Below are positions 12,498 to 21,652 of a DNA stretch of 64,000 nucleotides, piece by piece. The stretch lies in sequence record GQ981382, one strand, 5' to 3'. The notes beneath the pieces are model-generated. The model was not told the origin of the DNA and did no database searches. It worked only from the letters and a program-made list of their open reading frames with translations. Origin of the DNA: Shigella phage SP18. The stretch's first letter is position 1. The number at the start of each line of letters is the position of its first letter. The translations under genes and the position numbers were made by a program.

Positions 12498-12525
12498 ATT
12501 ATACCGCATTTTTATTTGAAGCAAA
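12498..12525 (-). promoter_or_regulatory. Middle-type promoter candidate upstream of rnlB
   Basis: Minus strand TTTGCTTC ... TATAAT upstream of the rnlB start. Confidence 0.45.
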
Positions 12526-12530
12526 AAGGG

Positions 12531-12794
12531 TCAGAATTTTACATACAGCATTGGCTTGGATTCTTGCCAATCATAATTCCAGGTAAAAGATGTAAATTTT
12601 TCTGCTCGCAGAAATTCAGATATCTTTGTGCGGTTTCCTTCTTCATACTCTTTTTCAGAAACTGCCATATTAACAGCATCTTTGCCATTTTCAGCGGCGG
12701 CAATAGCCACTTTGCGAAATATAGAAATAAAGTCATTTGCAACTTTATCTTGTGACTCTTTGGCTATTTGGCGTAGTTCTTCTGCGAATGTCAT
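12531..12794 (-). CDS. Hypothetical protein (24.2-like position)
   Basis: 87-aa ORF in the rnlB-hoc interval, co-oriented with flanking genes. Confidence 0.5.
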   Translation of the reverse strand: MTFAEELRQIAKESQDKVANDFISIFRKVAIAAAENGKDAVNMAVSEKEYEEGNRTKISEFLRAEKFTSFTWNYDWQESKPMLYVKF

Positions 12795-12994
12795 TTCTTC
12801 ACCTTTTTGTTATTCAAACGTTTACGATAAACAATCTTTTCTTTCGCTTTAAATTTAGCTTTAGCTTGCTCTACATCAACCCAGGCCTTTGCCATCTCTT
12901 TAGCAGTCCCGCCTAATACCTTGGCGATTTCAATAAATGTCATACCAGATTCATGCAGAAAATGTACTTTAACCTTATCCATAATGATTCTCAT
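12791..12994 (-). CDS. Hypothetical small basic protein (24.3-like position)
   Basis: 67-aa ORF whose stop overlaps the start of the downstream gene; Lys-rich C-terminus. Confidence 0.5.
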   Translation of the reverse strand: MRIIMDKVKVHFLHESGMTFIEIAKVLGGTAKEMAKAWVDVEQAKAKFKAKEKIVYRKRLNNKKVKK

Positions 12995-13084
12995 GTTGAG
13001 TTAGTGAAGCTATCTTAACATGGAATTTTTAACTTGTAAACAGGGTTTTTATGCCAGGCAACGCTTGCCCAGTACCATAAAAAA

Positions 13085-13111
13085 TAAAGGGACCTTCGGG
13101 TCCCTTTTTAA
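13085..13111 (-). terminator. Terminator hairpin downstream of hoc
   Basis: AAAGGGACC-TTCG-GGTCCCTTTT, same core as the 11366 hairpin. Confidence 0.65.
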
Positions 13112-13960
13112 TTAATAAACGTAATCGTATATAATACCAGCTTCTAAAGCGGTGCGATGAATAATTCGACCATTACGAGATTCTTGTACATCAACCTCTG
13201 GATAGTCGGTAATCATTTTTTGAAGGGTATATCGGTGCAAATAATATGGGCTATCTGGAGCATCAGTTTTCCAGTCTTGTCCAGCAAGAGTCATTTTCTG
13301 AATTTCGTCCATAACCCACCAACCACACCAGATATAAGCTGAATTACGAACTGGCAGCGGATGAACGTAAGGTAATTCGCCATCTGGAACTGGTGCGACT
13401 TTAGCCGTGACTGTTACATTACCAGTTTTTGTGACAGTCACCGGGTCATAATCAGTCGCCGAAACCACAACAGAAACTTCAATAACCTGTGAACCTTCAG
13501 CGCTTGTATCGATTACCAGAGTATCCGTGGTGCCAACTACAGGAGAACCGTCTTTCTTCCAAGAATAGGCAAAAGTAGCATCACCAGGTGCGCCAACTAC
13601 ATCCGCTTTAAAAGAAGCCGGAGTACCTTCCTGAACATTAATTGATTCTGGGGTTAATGTCACAGAAACATCAGACATAGTTTTATTCTGGATAGTTAAA
13701 GTCGTCTCAGCTTCAGCTGTTTCTGGTTCGCCGTCCGCTGGTGTAGTTGTTGCAACAACTTTAATAGTCTTGCTACCTGCTGGACCAACAGCAACATAAT
13801 CCATTGCAGCAGTCACAGAAGATTGAGGAACACCATCAACGGTCCAGACAAATGATTCGGTACCTTCAGCTGCAGCACCGGAACCGGTTGCAGTGAAATT
13901 GGTTGTTGCTCCAATAACGGCCGTAGCCGCCAAAGGAGCAATATCTACGGTATAAGCCAT
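13112..13960 (-). CDS. hoc: Hoc-like outer capsid protein with Ig-like repeats
   Basis: 282 aa with repeated Thr/Val-rich Ig-like segments and a conserved C-terminal capsid-binding-like region; T4 hoc position. Shorter than T4 Hoc (376 aa). Confidence 0.75.
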   Translation of the reverse strand: MAYTVDIAPLAATAVIGATTNFTATGSGAAAEGTESFVWTVDGVPQSSVTAAMDYVAVGPAGSKTIKVVATTTPADGEPETAEAETTLTIQNKTMSDVSVTLTPESINVQEGTPASFKADVVGAPGDATFAYSWKKDGSPVVGTTDTLVIDTSAEGSQVIEVSVVVSATDYDPVTVTKTGNVTVTAKVAPVPDGELPYVHPLPVRNSAYIWCGWWVMDEIQKMTLAGQDWKTDAPDSPYYLHRYTLQKMITDYPEVDVQESRNGRIIHRTALEAGIIYDYVY

Positions 13961-13969
13961 AATAAACCC

Positions 13970-14635
13970 TTATTTTAAAGTGACAAAAGATGAGTTACGA
14001 GTTTCTCGTACTAGAACAGACCCATTACGATTGATGTAATAAATCAAACTGAATAGAGTTTGGTGCGCGGTGGGATGTGGGAAAGCAGTTGGACGTTCTT
14101 TCCAATCTGGAGTCTCGGCAATCCACTGATAAATCCACCATGGAACAGTACAGAATCCAGGGTTCTTACCAATAAGCATTAAATTCGGGCTAAAGTTTTT
14201 TGGCAAATCAAATACAGGTTTTTCAGATTCGATAACCTTAGCAACAGCAGCTTCGAACTTTTCTTCGACAAAAGGAACGTCCTCTTCGACCAAAACAACT
14301 GGTTCTTCGATTTCAACAACTTCAACCTTTGCTTCGGTTGGAGCATCAAATAAGAGCTTAGCTTCTTCTTTAGCTGACTCATCGCCATCAAATTTAGCAC
14401 CTGACAATTCGTCATCGGCATCGATAAGGTCAGTGATGCTCAGTCCCTCATTATCATCAGGCATGGGCATGTCAGCAAATGCTTTAAGCCCTGCTTCCAG
14501 GTCAGCCAACATATTATCAAAGGTTTTTGTTTTCTTAACATCAACACCAAGTGATGCTGCATATTCGGCTAATTTTTCTTTGGCTTCTTTTTTCTCGAGG
14601 ACACGAATTTCCTCAATGTAGTTCTTGTCAATCAT
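13970..14635 (-). CDS. inh: Inh-like inhibitor of prohead protease
   Basis: 221 aa at the T4 inh position adjacent to hoc; acidic central region. Assignment is mostly by synteny. Confidence 0.55.
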   Translation of the reverse strand: MIDKNYIEEIRVLEKKEAKEKLAEYAASLGVDVKKTKTFDNMLADLEAGLKAFADMPMPDDNEGLSITDLIDADDELSGAKFDGDESAKEEAKLLFDAPTEAKVEVVEIEEPVVLVEEDVPFVEEKFEAAVAKVIESEKPVFDLPKNFSPNLMLIGKNPGFCTVPWWIYQWIAETPDWKERPTAFPHPTAHQTLFSLIYYINRNGSVLVRETRNSSFVTLK

Positions 14636-14653
14636 GATGAACCTCGGTTAGTG

Positions 14654-14661
14654 TATAAATA
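14654..14661 (+). promoter_or_regulatory. Late promoter motif TATAAATA upstream of uvsW
   Basis: Exact TATAAATA about 29 nt upstream of the uvsW ATG. Confidence 0.65.
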
Positions 14662-14689
14662 TAGATATATTTATTACCTTGGAATCATC

Positions 14690-16189
14690 ATGGATATTAA
14701 AATCAACTTTCTAAATTTTAGTCACGTGCATGTTGAATGTGAAGATGGAATCTTCTACGAACTCCGTGATTACTTCAGCTTCGAAGCTGAAAACTATCGC
14801 TTCAATCCAAAGTTCAAGCAGGGAGTTTGGGACGGACGAATCCGCCTCCTGGATTACAATCGTAAATTACCATACGGTTTGGTTAATCAAATTAAAAAGT
14901 TCGCTGACCAGTTTGGTTATTCATTCTGGATTGACCCGCAAATCACCGAGAAAGAAGAAATCTCTCGCGAAGAATTCGACAAATGGGTTGAGTCAAAAGA
15001 AATCTATTCAGGCAATACCAAGATAACGCCTCATTGGTATCAATCTGACGCCGTATATGACGGTCTGGTCAACAGAAGAAAGATTCTGAACTTACCTACG
15101 TCTGCAGGTAAAAGCCTCATCCAGGCGCTTCTGGCGCGATATTATCTCGAGAACTATGAAGGCAAGGTGCTTATCCTTGTTCCTACAACCGCGCTTGTTG
15201 ACCAGATGATTAATGACTTTGTTGATTATCGGCTTTTCCCTCGTGAAGCTTGTCTGGGTATTCGTTCCGGGACTAAACGCGATTCTGATGCGATGATTTA
15301 TGTATCGACTTATCAGACGGCTGTAAAACAACCTAAAGAATGGTTTGGCCAGTTTGGCCAGTTTATGAATGACGAATGCCACATGGCTACAGGTAAATCG
15401 ATTTCGACGGTTATCGAAGGCCTTACGAATTGCATGTTTAAATTTGGTCTGTCAGGTTCACTCCGTGATGGCAAAGCCAACCTTATGCAATATATGGGTC
15501 TGTTTGGTGATATCTTTAAACCAGTATCAACATCCAAATTGATGGAAGATGGCCAGGTTACTGACCTTAAAATAAATAGTATTTTCCTTCGTTACCCTGA
15601 TGAATTCACTGTTAAAATGAAAGGTAAAACTTATCAGGATGAAATTAAGGTAATTACAAAAGCTACACGCCGAAATAAATGGGTAACAAATCTTGCTCTC
15701 AAGCTTGCTAAAAAAGATGAAAACGTCTTTTTGATGTTTAAGAATATCGAGCACGGTAAATCGATGTTTGAAATGCTTAAGGAAGCTGGTCATGAGAAAG
15801 TGTATTATGTTTCCGGGGAAGTTGATACCGAAACCCGTAATGCTCTGAAGGTCATGGCAGAGAATGGAAAGGGAATTATTGTTGTAGCTTCATACGGTGT
15901 ATTCTCAACGGGGATTTCCGTTAAAAACCTCCATCATATTATTTTCGCTCACCCGGTCAAGTCAAAGGTAATTGTACTCCAGACAATTGGTCGTGTGCTT
16001 CGAAAACATGAATCCAAATCACAAGCAAACGTTTTTGATATCGTTGATGATATGGGTGTTAAACCTAAATCAGCAAATGCTAAAAAGAAATATGTTCATC
16101 TTAACTTTGCCCTAAAACATGGCCTTGAACGTATACAACGATATGCTGATGAACGTTTTAACTATGTAATTAAACAGGTGGAAATTTGA
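14690..16189 (+). CDS. uvsW: UvsW DNA helicase
   Basis: Matches T4 UvsW (NLPTSAGKS Walker A, MNDECH DEAH-like box, VASYGVFSTGISVKNLHH). Start taken at Met 14690 because the upstream in-frame GTG lies inside the TATAAATA motif. Confidence 0.93.
   Translation: MDIKINFLNFSHVHVECEDGIFYELRDYFSFEAENYRFNPKFKQGVWDGRIRLLDYNRKLPYGLVNQIKKFADQFGYSFWIDPQITEKEEISREEFDKWVESKEIYSGNTKITPHWYQSDAVYDGLVNRRKILNLPTSAGKSLIQALLARYYLENYEGKVLILVPTTALVDQMINDFVDYRLFPREACLGIRSGTKRDSDAMIYVSTYQTAVKQPKEWFGQFGQFMNDECHMATGKSISTVIEGLTNCMFKFGLSGSLRDGKANLMQYMGLFGDIFKPVSTSKLMEDGQVTDLKINSIFLRYPDEFTVKMKGKTYQDEIKVITKATRRNKWVTNLALKLAKKDENVFLMFKNIEHGKSMFEMLKEAGHEKVYYVSGEVDTETRNALKVMAENGKGIIVVASYGVFSTGISVKNLHHIIFAHPVKSKVIVLQTIGRVLRKHESKSQANVFDIVDDMGVKPKSANAKKKYVHLNFALKHGLERIQRYADERFNYVIKQVEI
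16167..16185 (+). repeat. 19-bp direct repeat, left copy (uvsW 3' end)
   Basis: TAATTAAACAGGTGGAAAT, identical to 16859-16877; the two copies bracket the HNH endonuclease gene. Confidence 0.85.
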
Positions 16190-16881
16190 ATTATCAAAAA
16201 ATATATGATGATTTAATTGGGAGTCGAAAGGCTTCCAAACCGATTGGATACACGGAATCTCACCATATCATTCCAGAATGTATGGGTGGACCTGATACAC
16301 AAGAAAACAGAGTCAACCTTACTCCGGAAGAACATTTCGTTGCGCATAAATTATTGGCCAAAATTCATCCTAATCATTACGGTCTTATAAAGGCCGTCAT
16401 TGCTATGGGTATGAGCTCTCGAACACATCAACGACAATTCAATAAATCGTATGGATGGGAGCGTAGACAAATGTCAGTTCTTCAAACTGGTGAAGGCAAT
16501 CCTTTTTATGGTAAACACCATACTGAAGAACATAAAGAATATATGAGCCAATTATTAAAGGGTCGCAAAATAACTTGGGCTGATAAAATATCCGCGACAA
16601 AGAAAGCGAATCCGTATAAATACTCTCAAGCACAATGTCAAGCTATATCTGAAAGAAATAAAGGTGAAGGTAATTGGATGTATGGTAAATCACATACACC
16701 AGAAGCATCAAAGAAAATTTCAGATAAAGCAAAAGAACGTTATAAGGACCCATCCAAAAATCCTGCCGCTAAGAAAGTGGTTTTAAACGGGATTGAATAT
16801 GGTTCGATGAAGCAAGCTTCTGTAGCAACGGGGCTTTCTTTATATAAAATCAGAAATTTAATTAAACAGGTGGAAATATAA
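16186..16881 (+). CDS. HNH homing endonuclease (mob-like), free-standing
   Basis: ESHHIIPECMGGPDTQENRVNLTPEEH HNH core followed by repeated NUMOD-like G-x-x-H-T/S-x-E units; TTG start overlapping the uvsW stop; 19-bp direct repeat at both junctions. Confidence 0.8.
   Translation: MNYQKIYDDLIGSRKASKPIGYTESHHIIPECMGGPDTQENRVNLTPEEHFVAHKLLAKIHPNHYGLIKAVIAMGMSSRTHQRQFNKSYGWERRQMSVLQTGEGNPFYGKHHTEEHKEYMSQLLKGRKITWADKISATKKANPYKYSQAQCQAISERNKGEGNWMYGKSHTPEASKKISDKAKERYKDPSKNPAAKKVVLNGIEYGSMKQASVATGLSLYKIRNLIKQVEI
16859..16877 (+). repeat. 19-bp direct repeat, right copy (HNH gene 3' end)
   Basis: TAATTAAACAGGTGGAAAT, identical to 16167-16185; both encode a C-terminal IKQVEI. Confidence 0.85.
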
Positions 16882-17108
16882 TGAAATCCTTCGAAGAAAT
16901 TATGTACGAAGCATCAATTGAAGGCTTTATGGCTAAGATTGGCTCCTGTCAGACCATGGACGGTCTGAAGGAGTTGGAAGGCTATTATAAGAAACGCAGC
17001 AAAGAAGCTGAACTGAAAGATTCCGATGATATCAGTGTTCGTGACGCTCTTGCCGGTAAACGCGCCGAGCTTGAGGATATGGACGACGACGAAGACGAAG
17101 ATTTCTAA
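16881..17108 (+). CDS. uvsW.1: UvsW.1-like small acidic protein
   Basis: 75 aa with acidic tail (MDDDEDEDF); sits where T4 uvsW.1 follows uvsW, here displaced by the endonuclease insertion. Confidence 0.75.
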   Translation: MKSFEEIMYEASIEGFMAKIGSCQTMDGLKELEGYYKKRSKEAELKDSDDISVRDALAGKRAELEDMDDDEDEDF

Positions 17109-17135
17109 ATAAAAAGGCCCCAACCAAAAGGAAGG
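17105..17135 (-). terminator. Candidate terminator hairpin between uvsW.1 and the uvsY-side genes
   Basis: GCCCC, 12-nt loop, GGGGC, with a T-run on the minus strand. Confidence 0.35.
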
Positions 17136-17166
17136 GGCAAAACCAAAAAATGGTTAACAACACTAG

Positions 17167-17334
17167 CTAAATTAAAAGTTGGGTCTCGTTCAGTTGCTCT
17201 TCTGTATTTTCCGTAACTGGCAAACTCTGAACATAATTATAACAGGCGCCCGGATGCACCGGACCTTGGTCTGTATCCACAACCAATGCAGAATCGATTG
17301 GAGTTTTACAGACAACACAAATCTTATCTGACAT
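17167..17334 (-). CDS. Small Cys-containing protein, 55 aa, not in the ORF track
   Basis: Hand translation MSDKICVVCKTPIDSALVVDTDQGPVHPGACYNYV...; CxxC plus a distal Cys; hairpin terminator downstream. Confidence 0.35.
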   Translation of the reverse strand: MSDKICVVCKTPIDSALVVDTDQGPVHPGACYNYVQSLPVTENTEEQLNETQLLI

Positions 17335-17473
17335 GATTGTCTCCTCAGTTAAACTTACATATCTATTTAGTGCTCTTCATAATAGCAGCACGAGCTTTCA
17401 TCTCATTAACAATTTCAGTTATTCGGTTTGCAGAGATAACCATCTCGTCAAGAATCTTACTAATATTTTTCAT

Positions 17474-17707
17474 TTAATTTTCCTTAAAGTATCTCATACC
17501 GGTATCTATCCCCATATTGTGAGAATAGAACGCATCATCGATGTATCCTGCAAATTTACCTTTAACATAGATAACATCTTCACCACAAGGGTGGTCAGCG
17601 CAGATACGAATATCCGCACGATTCAATTTCCATTCCTTCATCATATACTTAATTTCTTCTTCGAACTCTTCGTCTTGGTTAAACGCATCGTCGATAGAAT
17701 ATCGCAT
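17474..17707 (-). CDS. Hypothetical protein (uvsY.-2-like position)
   Basis: 77-aa ORF directly downstream of uvsY with abutting start/stop; contains a Cys/His cluster (CADHPCGED). Confidence 0.55.
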   Translation of the reverse strand: MRYSIDDAFNQDEEFEEEIKYMMKEWKLNRADIRICADHPCGEDVIYVKGKFAGYIDDAFYSHNMGIDTGMRYFKEN

Positions 17708-18141
17708 TACTTGCCTGCCTCGAATTGTCTTATTTCTAACATATGTTTAAGTGCGAAACTTCGTGACTTAACACCATCTAATGCAGCGCTACAGAAGTCC
17801 TGGAGTAGTGCCCAATACTGAATTGAAGTATCAATCTTCAGTATGTTTGAATCTGCGGCCATGACTGTTTTCAATTCTGACTTCTCGTATACATCCATGC
17901 ATACTTCTTCCCCTGGGTCACCCCTTCCTGTATAATGGTCTAGCCGTTTTTTCAGTGCAGTTTTCTTCTGAATCTCAAGACGCATTATTTCTTTCTTGCA
18001 GTTGGTATACAATCTCAACCATTTGCTATGCAACAAAACGTTGTTTTGTGTTTCATATTGAAGTTGCGTACCATCAATTTTTAAATCTGCATCCAACTCA
18101 TCCTGAAAGACTTCTAACTTATATTCAATCTCTGTTTTCAT
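17707..18141 (-). CDS. uvsY: UvsY recombination mediator
   Basis: Matches T4 UvsY (KWLRLYTNCKKEIMRLEIQKKTALKKRLDHYTGRGD, ALKHMLEIRQFEAGK). Start taken at the internal Met so the gene lies downstream of the middle promoter. Confidence 0.9.
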   Translation of the reverse strand: MKTEIEYKLEVFQDELDADLKIDGTQLQYETQNNVLLHSKWLRLYTNCKKEIMRLEIQKKTALKKRLDHYTGRGDPGEEVCMDVYEKSELKTVMAADSNILKIDTSIQYWALLQDFCSAALDGVKSRSFALKHMLEIRQFEAGK

Positions 18142-18169
18142 AATGTATCCAATGTAAGGGTCTAGAACC

Positions 18170-18200
18170 ATTATACAGCCATAAAATTAAAGCATTAACC
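18170..18200 (-). promoter_or_regulatory. Middle-type promoter (MotA-box-like TGCTTTA plus TATAAT) upstream of uvsY
   Basis: Minus strand reads aTGCTTTAattttatggctgTATAATgg, with 12-nt spacing between the MotA-box-like element and the -10. Confidence 0.6.
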
Positions 18201-18584
18201 GTTTTGACTTAACTGAATCCTGATTTGTTCGAGGGTGTCAGGGTCATCAACAATGCTAAACTGAACCGTTACGATAATGGAGTTATCATCATACATAGGG
18301 ACAACTGCAACCCGTAGATTGCTTATCCGTGGTTCGAAGTTCCGCACAGCGGAGACGATGTTGCGTTTAATGGTATCTGTGATTAATGGAGTGATATTCT
18401 CAAAAAGCTGATTACTTATATCACATCCAAATTCAGGCATAAAAGGCCTTGACCCTTTTCTTGTGGTGATTATTCCCAGAAGGCTGTTCTTAACAGACCT
18501 TGCGCCGGTTACTTTAGCAACGTCTTTATCCCAACTCATTGACAAGTCAGGAGACACATCGCTATACATTTTGTTTATATTCAT
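18195..18584 (-). CDS. 25: Baseplate wedge protein gp25
   Basis: 129 aa; matches T4 gp25 (LLGIITTRKGSRPF, EFGCDISNQLFENITPL). Confidence 0.92.
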   Translation of the reverse strand: MNINKMYSDVSPDLSMSWDKDVAKVTGARSVKNSLLGIITTRKGSRPFMPEFGCDISNQLFENITPLITDTIKRNIVSAVRNFEPRISNLRVAVVPMYDDNSIIVTVQFSIVDDPDTLEQIRIQLSQNG

Positions 18585-19208
18585 TTACATAAACTTAAAG
18601 AATTCTTTAAGCCCCTTAATTACATGGACAGAATGCGCTCCACACTCGCAAGAGATAGGAATAGCCATTTGGACCTGTGGCTTGAGAAGTTCTTCCGTTA
18701 GTGCATTTATATCATCGAGGGTAATTGCATTGTACAGGTCCTCGATTTCGGCTTCATTTAAGTCATCAACAACGATGCGCTCACCGCCTTCCGTGATAAT
18801 ATATTCGATACAACAAGCAATCATTTTTCCTTTATCGCCATCTTCAAACAGCCCAGGATAACGGAATTTAATTTTAAACGCCCCGAAATCACGAATAACT
18901 TCAGACTCATCCACGATGCTTGCGCGACTTATAGTCACAGGAATATCTTGTTCCTTTCCGCACTCACATATCCATGTATGCTCGACGTTAACAGCTCCGA
19001 GACTATTTGCCCAGAGATTAATAAGAAGCAGTTCAGCTTCCTGTTTGTTTAACCCTTTAGCATCAGTGCATTTATTAAGCAGTTCAATTATTGCAGGTTC
19101 CATACGCTTTTCTAATTTTGCTTGAAGCAAATCTTTGTATTCGCGCAAGGTAAAAGCCCTACAATTTATAGTTTTATTTTTAATTTGGACAATAAATTCA
19201 TAAGTCAT
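18585..19208 (-). CDS. 26: Baseplate hub protein gp26
   Basis: 207 aa from the internal Met, which has an AGGAG RBS; T4 gp26 position and size; minus-strand TATAAATA at 19226-19233. Confidence 0.8.
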   Translation of the reverse strand: MTYEFIVQIKNKTINCRAFTLREYKDLLQAKLEKRMEPAIIELLNKCTDAKGLNKQEAELLLINLWANSLGAVNVEHTWICECGKEQDIPVTISRASIVDESEVIRDFGAFKIKFRYPGLFEDGDKGKMIACCIEYIITEGGERIVVDDLNEAEIEDLYNAITLDDINALTEELLKPQVQMAIPISCECGAHSVHVIKGLKEFFKFM

Positions 19209-19225
19209 AATTTGCTCCTTTACTG

Positions 19226-19237
19226 TATTTATAAATA
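19226..19237. promoter_or_regulatory. Palindromic divergent late promoter pair TATTTATAAATA (genes 26 and 51)
   Basis: The 12-bp palindrome contains TATAAATA on both strands (plus 19230-19237 toward 51; minus 19226-19233 toward 26). Confidence 0.65.
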
Positions 19238-19261
19238 TCAATAAAGATAAAAGGGGATTCT

Positions 19262-20014
19262 ATGGCCAATATCGTAAGATGCGAAATGCCAGACGGAGTT
19301 CATCGTTTCAAACCGTTTACAGTCGCTGATTACCGTGATTTACTGCTTGTGCGAAACGACATGAACAACAAACCCGTCGAAGAACAAAAACAATTATTAG
19401 ACGAACTGTTGGAAGATTATTTTGGAGAGTATCCGAAAGCATGGAGGCCATACATATTCTTGAAGGTATTCACTTCCTCTATCGGTAAGACAAAAGTCCC
19501 GGTAGCGTTCGAATGTCAAAAATGTAAAAAGACAAAGCAGACTTTGTTTAATATGAGTCAAGGGCCATTGATAAATCCAACAATGGAAACTGCGGGGATA
19601 AAAATACAATTTAAGTTCCCCGAAGTGGAATATAAAGATAAGTCGGAGCTTGTTCTAAACACCATCCAGACTGTCGAAGACTCAGAACAAAAGTACAATT
19701 GGGAAGACCTTCCTGAAGAAACGAAGATGCAGGTTATTGATGCAATTGATATAGAGAGTCTCGAAGAGCTCCTTAAGAAAATGCATTCAGTTTATATTCC
19801 ATTTACATATGGTTGCTGCGAAAAACACAAAACCGAATATACAGACTTGATTGATGTCTTTAAGCTTATCCTTAACCCGGATGAAGTCTTTGTATTTTAT
19901 CAAATTAACCACTTGCTGGTAAAGAACCAATATACGCTCGATAGCATCATGCACATGATTCCCATCGAACGAGGTATTGCTTTATCGTTAGTTGAGAAGG
20001 ACTTGAAGAAATGA
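19262..20014 (+). CDS. 51: Baseplate hub assembly catalyst gp51
   Basis: 250 aa, T4 gp51 size and position; divergent from gene 26; late promoter 19230-19237. Confidence 0.85.
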   Translation: MANIVRCEMPDGVHRFKPFTVADYRDLLLVRNDMNNKPVEEQKQLLDELLEDYFGEYPKAWRPYIFLKVFTSSIGKTKVPVAFECQKCKKTKQTLFNMSQGPLINPTMETAGIKIQFKFPEVEYKDKSELVLNTIQTVEDSEQKYNWEDLPEETKMQVIDAIDIESLEELLKKMHSVYIPFTYGCCEKHKTEYTDLIDVFKLILNPDEVFVFYQINHLLVKNQYTLDSIMHMIPIERGIALSLVEKDLKK

Positions 20015-21180
20015 CAGCTAAATCTATGCAGCGTGAAGGCTTTCCTAATATCAGCATACGCCTTTACGAAGATTATGATGCCTGGCTCGAACACCGTTTT
20101 GTAGAACTGGCTGCAACATTTACAACCATGACCATGCGCGATTCTCTTTACGGAAGAAACGAAGGCCTGTTGCAATTCTACGACACAAAGAACTTGCATA
20201 CAAAAATGAACGGTGAACAAATTATACAAGTCTCCGTTAAGAATGCCAACTCAGACCGAACCCAATCCAGGATATACGGAAGTAAGCACTTTGCTGTTTC
20301 CGTGGATTCAAAGGGTGATAACATAATTACAATTCAGCTGGCACCGATTCATGAAATTGAAGACCTGAAATTTAGTCGTATGTTTTATCCGAGTGTGCAA
20401 GAAACATTGGTCGAAATGACCGGGGTAATTTATCAGGATAGACCTTTGCTTGCTCCTCCGATAAACGGTATAAACGTTTATGCTCCTAATGTTCCGTGGT
20501 GTGATTCGATGAGCCAGTATATGGAATTCATCAGGGAAGTTGGTCTTGCAGTTGAATCTGATAAATTTGTATTTGTATGGCAAGATATTGACGGCATAAG
20601 TATCCAGGATTATGAATGGTTAATCGCGCAAGAGCCGATTAATTTCGTGGTGGGGGAACCCCGATTGGTTGGTCAGTTTGTACAAAACCTCGAGACCCCT
20701 TTGGCCTTCGATTTCGAATGGTTAACAAAGGCGAACCAACATACAAGAAAACCATACGAAAACGCAACCGTGTATGCGCATTCATTCCTTGATAAGAACG
20801 CAACCAGAATAACTTTTGGGGAAGGACAAAACAGCATTCTGGTATCTCGTTCTGGCGGCTATTCGGATTATACATATCGAAATGGTTTCGAGGAAGCACA
20901 ACGATTAATAACCATGTCACAATATGACGGTTACGCGCATTGCAAAACATACGGGAACTTTGAATTAACTCCGGGCGATAAGATAAATTTCTATGACCCG
21001 AAGAACCAATTCAAATATGATTTTTACGTAGACGAAGTTATTCATGAAGTGAGTAACAATACATCAATTACAAACCTCTATATGTTTACCAATGGTAAGC
21101 CTATCGAAGTTGAAGAACCACCGAAGGTTAAAAATGAACTTAAAACTGATTCTGCCGACGAAGAAAATACAGCTGGGTGA
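20011..21180 (+). CDS. 27: Baseplate hub protein gp27
   Basis: 389 aa, T4 gp27 size and position; start overlaps the gene 51 stop. Confidence 0.88.
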   Translation: MTAKSMQREGFPNISIRLYEDYDAWLEHRFVELAATFTTMTMRDSLYGRNEGLLQFYDTKNLHTKMNGEQIIQVSVKNANSDRTQSRIYGSKHFAVSVDSKGDNIITIQLAPIHEIEDLKFSRMFYPSVQETLVEMTGVIYQDRPLLAPPINGINVYAPNVPWCDSMSQYMEFIREVGLAVESDKFVFVWQDIDGISIQDYEWLIAQEPINFVVGEPRLVGQFVQNLETPLAFDFEWLTKANQHTRKPYENATVYAHSFLDKNATRITFGEGQNSILVSRSGGYSDYTYRNGFEEAQRLITMSQYDGYAHCKTYGNFELTPGDKINFYDPKNQFKYDFYVDEVIHEVSNNTSITNLYMFTNGKPIEVEEPPKVKNELKTDSADEENTAG

Positions 21181-21652
21181 TAAAGAGATTCACGTTCCCA
21201 AGCTTGGACTCAAGCATCACAATCTGATTAAAAACGAACCTAATCCTTATGTTGCATTAAGAAAGATTATGCAATCGATATTCCCTAATCTTACAGCAGC
21301 CGAATCCGACTTTGTATCTTTACATCTTCTGGAATTCAATGGTAAGCTAAAAGACAAACGCGAGATTAATGGATTTACATATAAGCTGGATGATGTTTAT
21401 ATCTGTCAGCGCCTTGAATTCTCTTATCAAGGAAAGACATTTAAATTCCGCTCCAATAAACCGTATGAAGAATTCGGACCAGTTGACAATCTCCTGGAGA
21501 CCCTTTATCTCGGGGAAGATGTTCCAGACTTTCTGGATATGCCTGCTTTTGTTGCTAAGTGGGCAGACGATATCACAAGCACATTAGCAATCCCGGGCCC
21601 GAATGGTCCTGTTAAGGGGTTACTGAAAATAATGGAACTCCTAAATGAATAA
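21134..21652 (+). CDS. 28: Baseplate hub distal subunit gp28
   Basis: 172 aa from the ATG at 21134 ([11 protein letters not shown]); overlaps the gene 27 3' end; T4 gp28 size and position. Confidence 0.8.
   Translation: MNLKLILPTKKIQLGDKEIHVPKLGLKHHNLIKNEPNPYVALRKIMQSIFPNLTAAESDFVSLHLLEFNGKLKDKREINGFTYKLDDVYICQRLEFSYQGKTFKFRSNKPYEEFGPVDNLLETLYLGEDVPDFLDMPAFVAKWADDITSTLAIPGPNGPVKGLLKIMELLNE

Noticed and set aside
14651-14689. N-terminal extension of uvsW (MYKYRYIYYLGII)
   Set aside because: It would start with a GTG inside the TATAAATA motif; the T4 UvsW alignment begins at MDIKINF.
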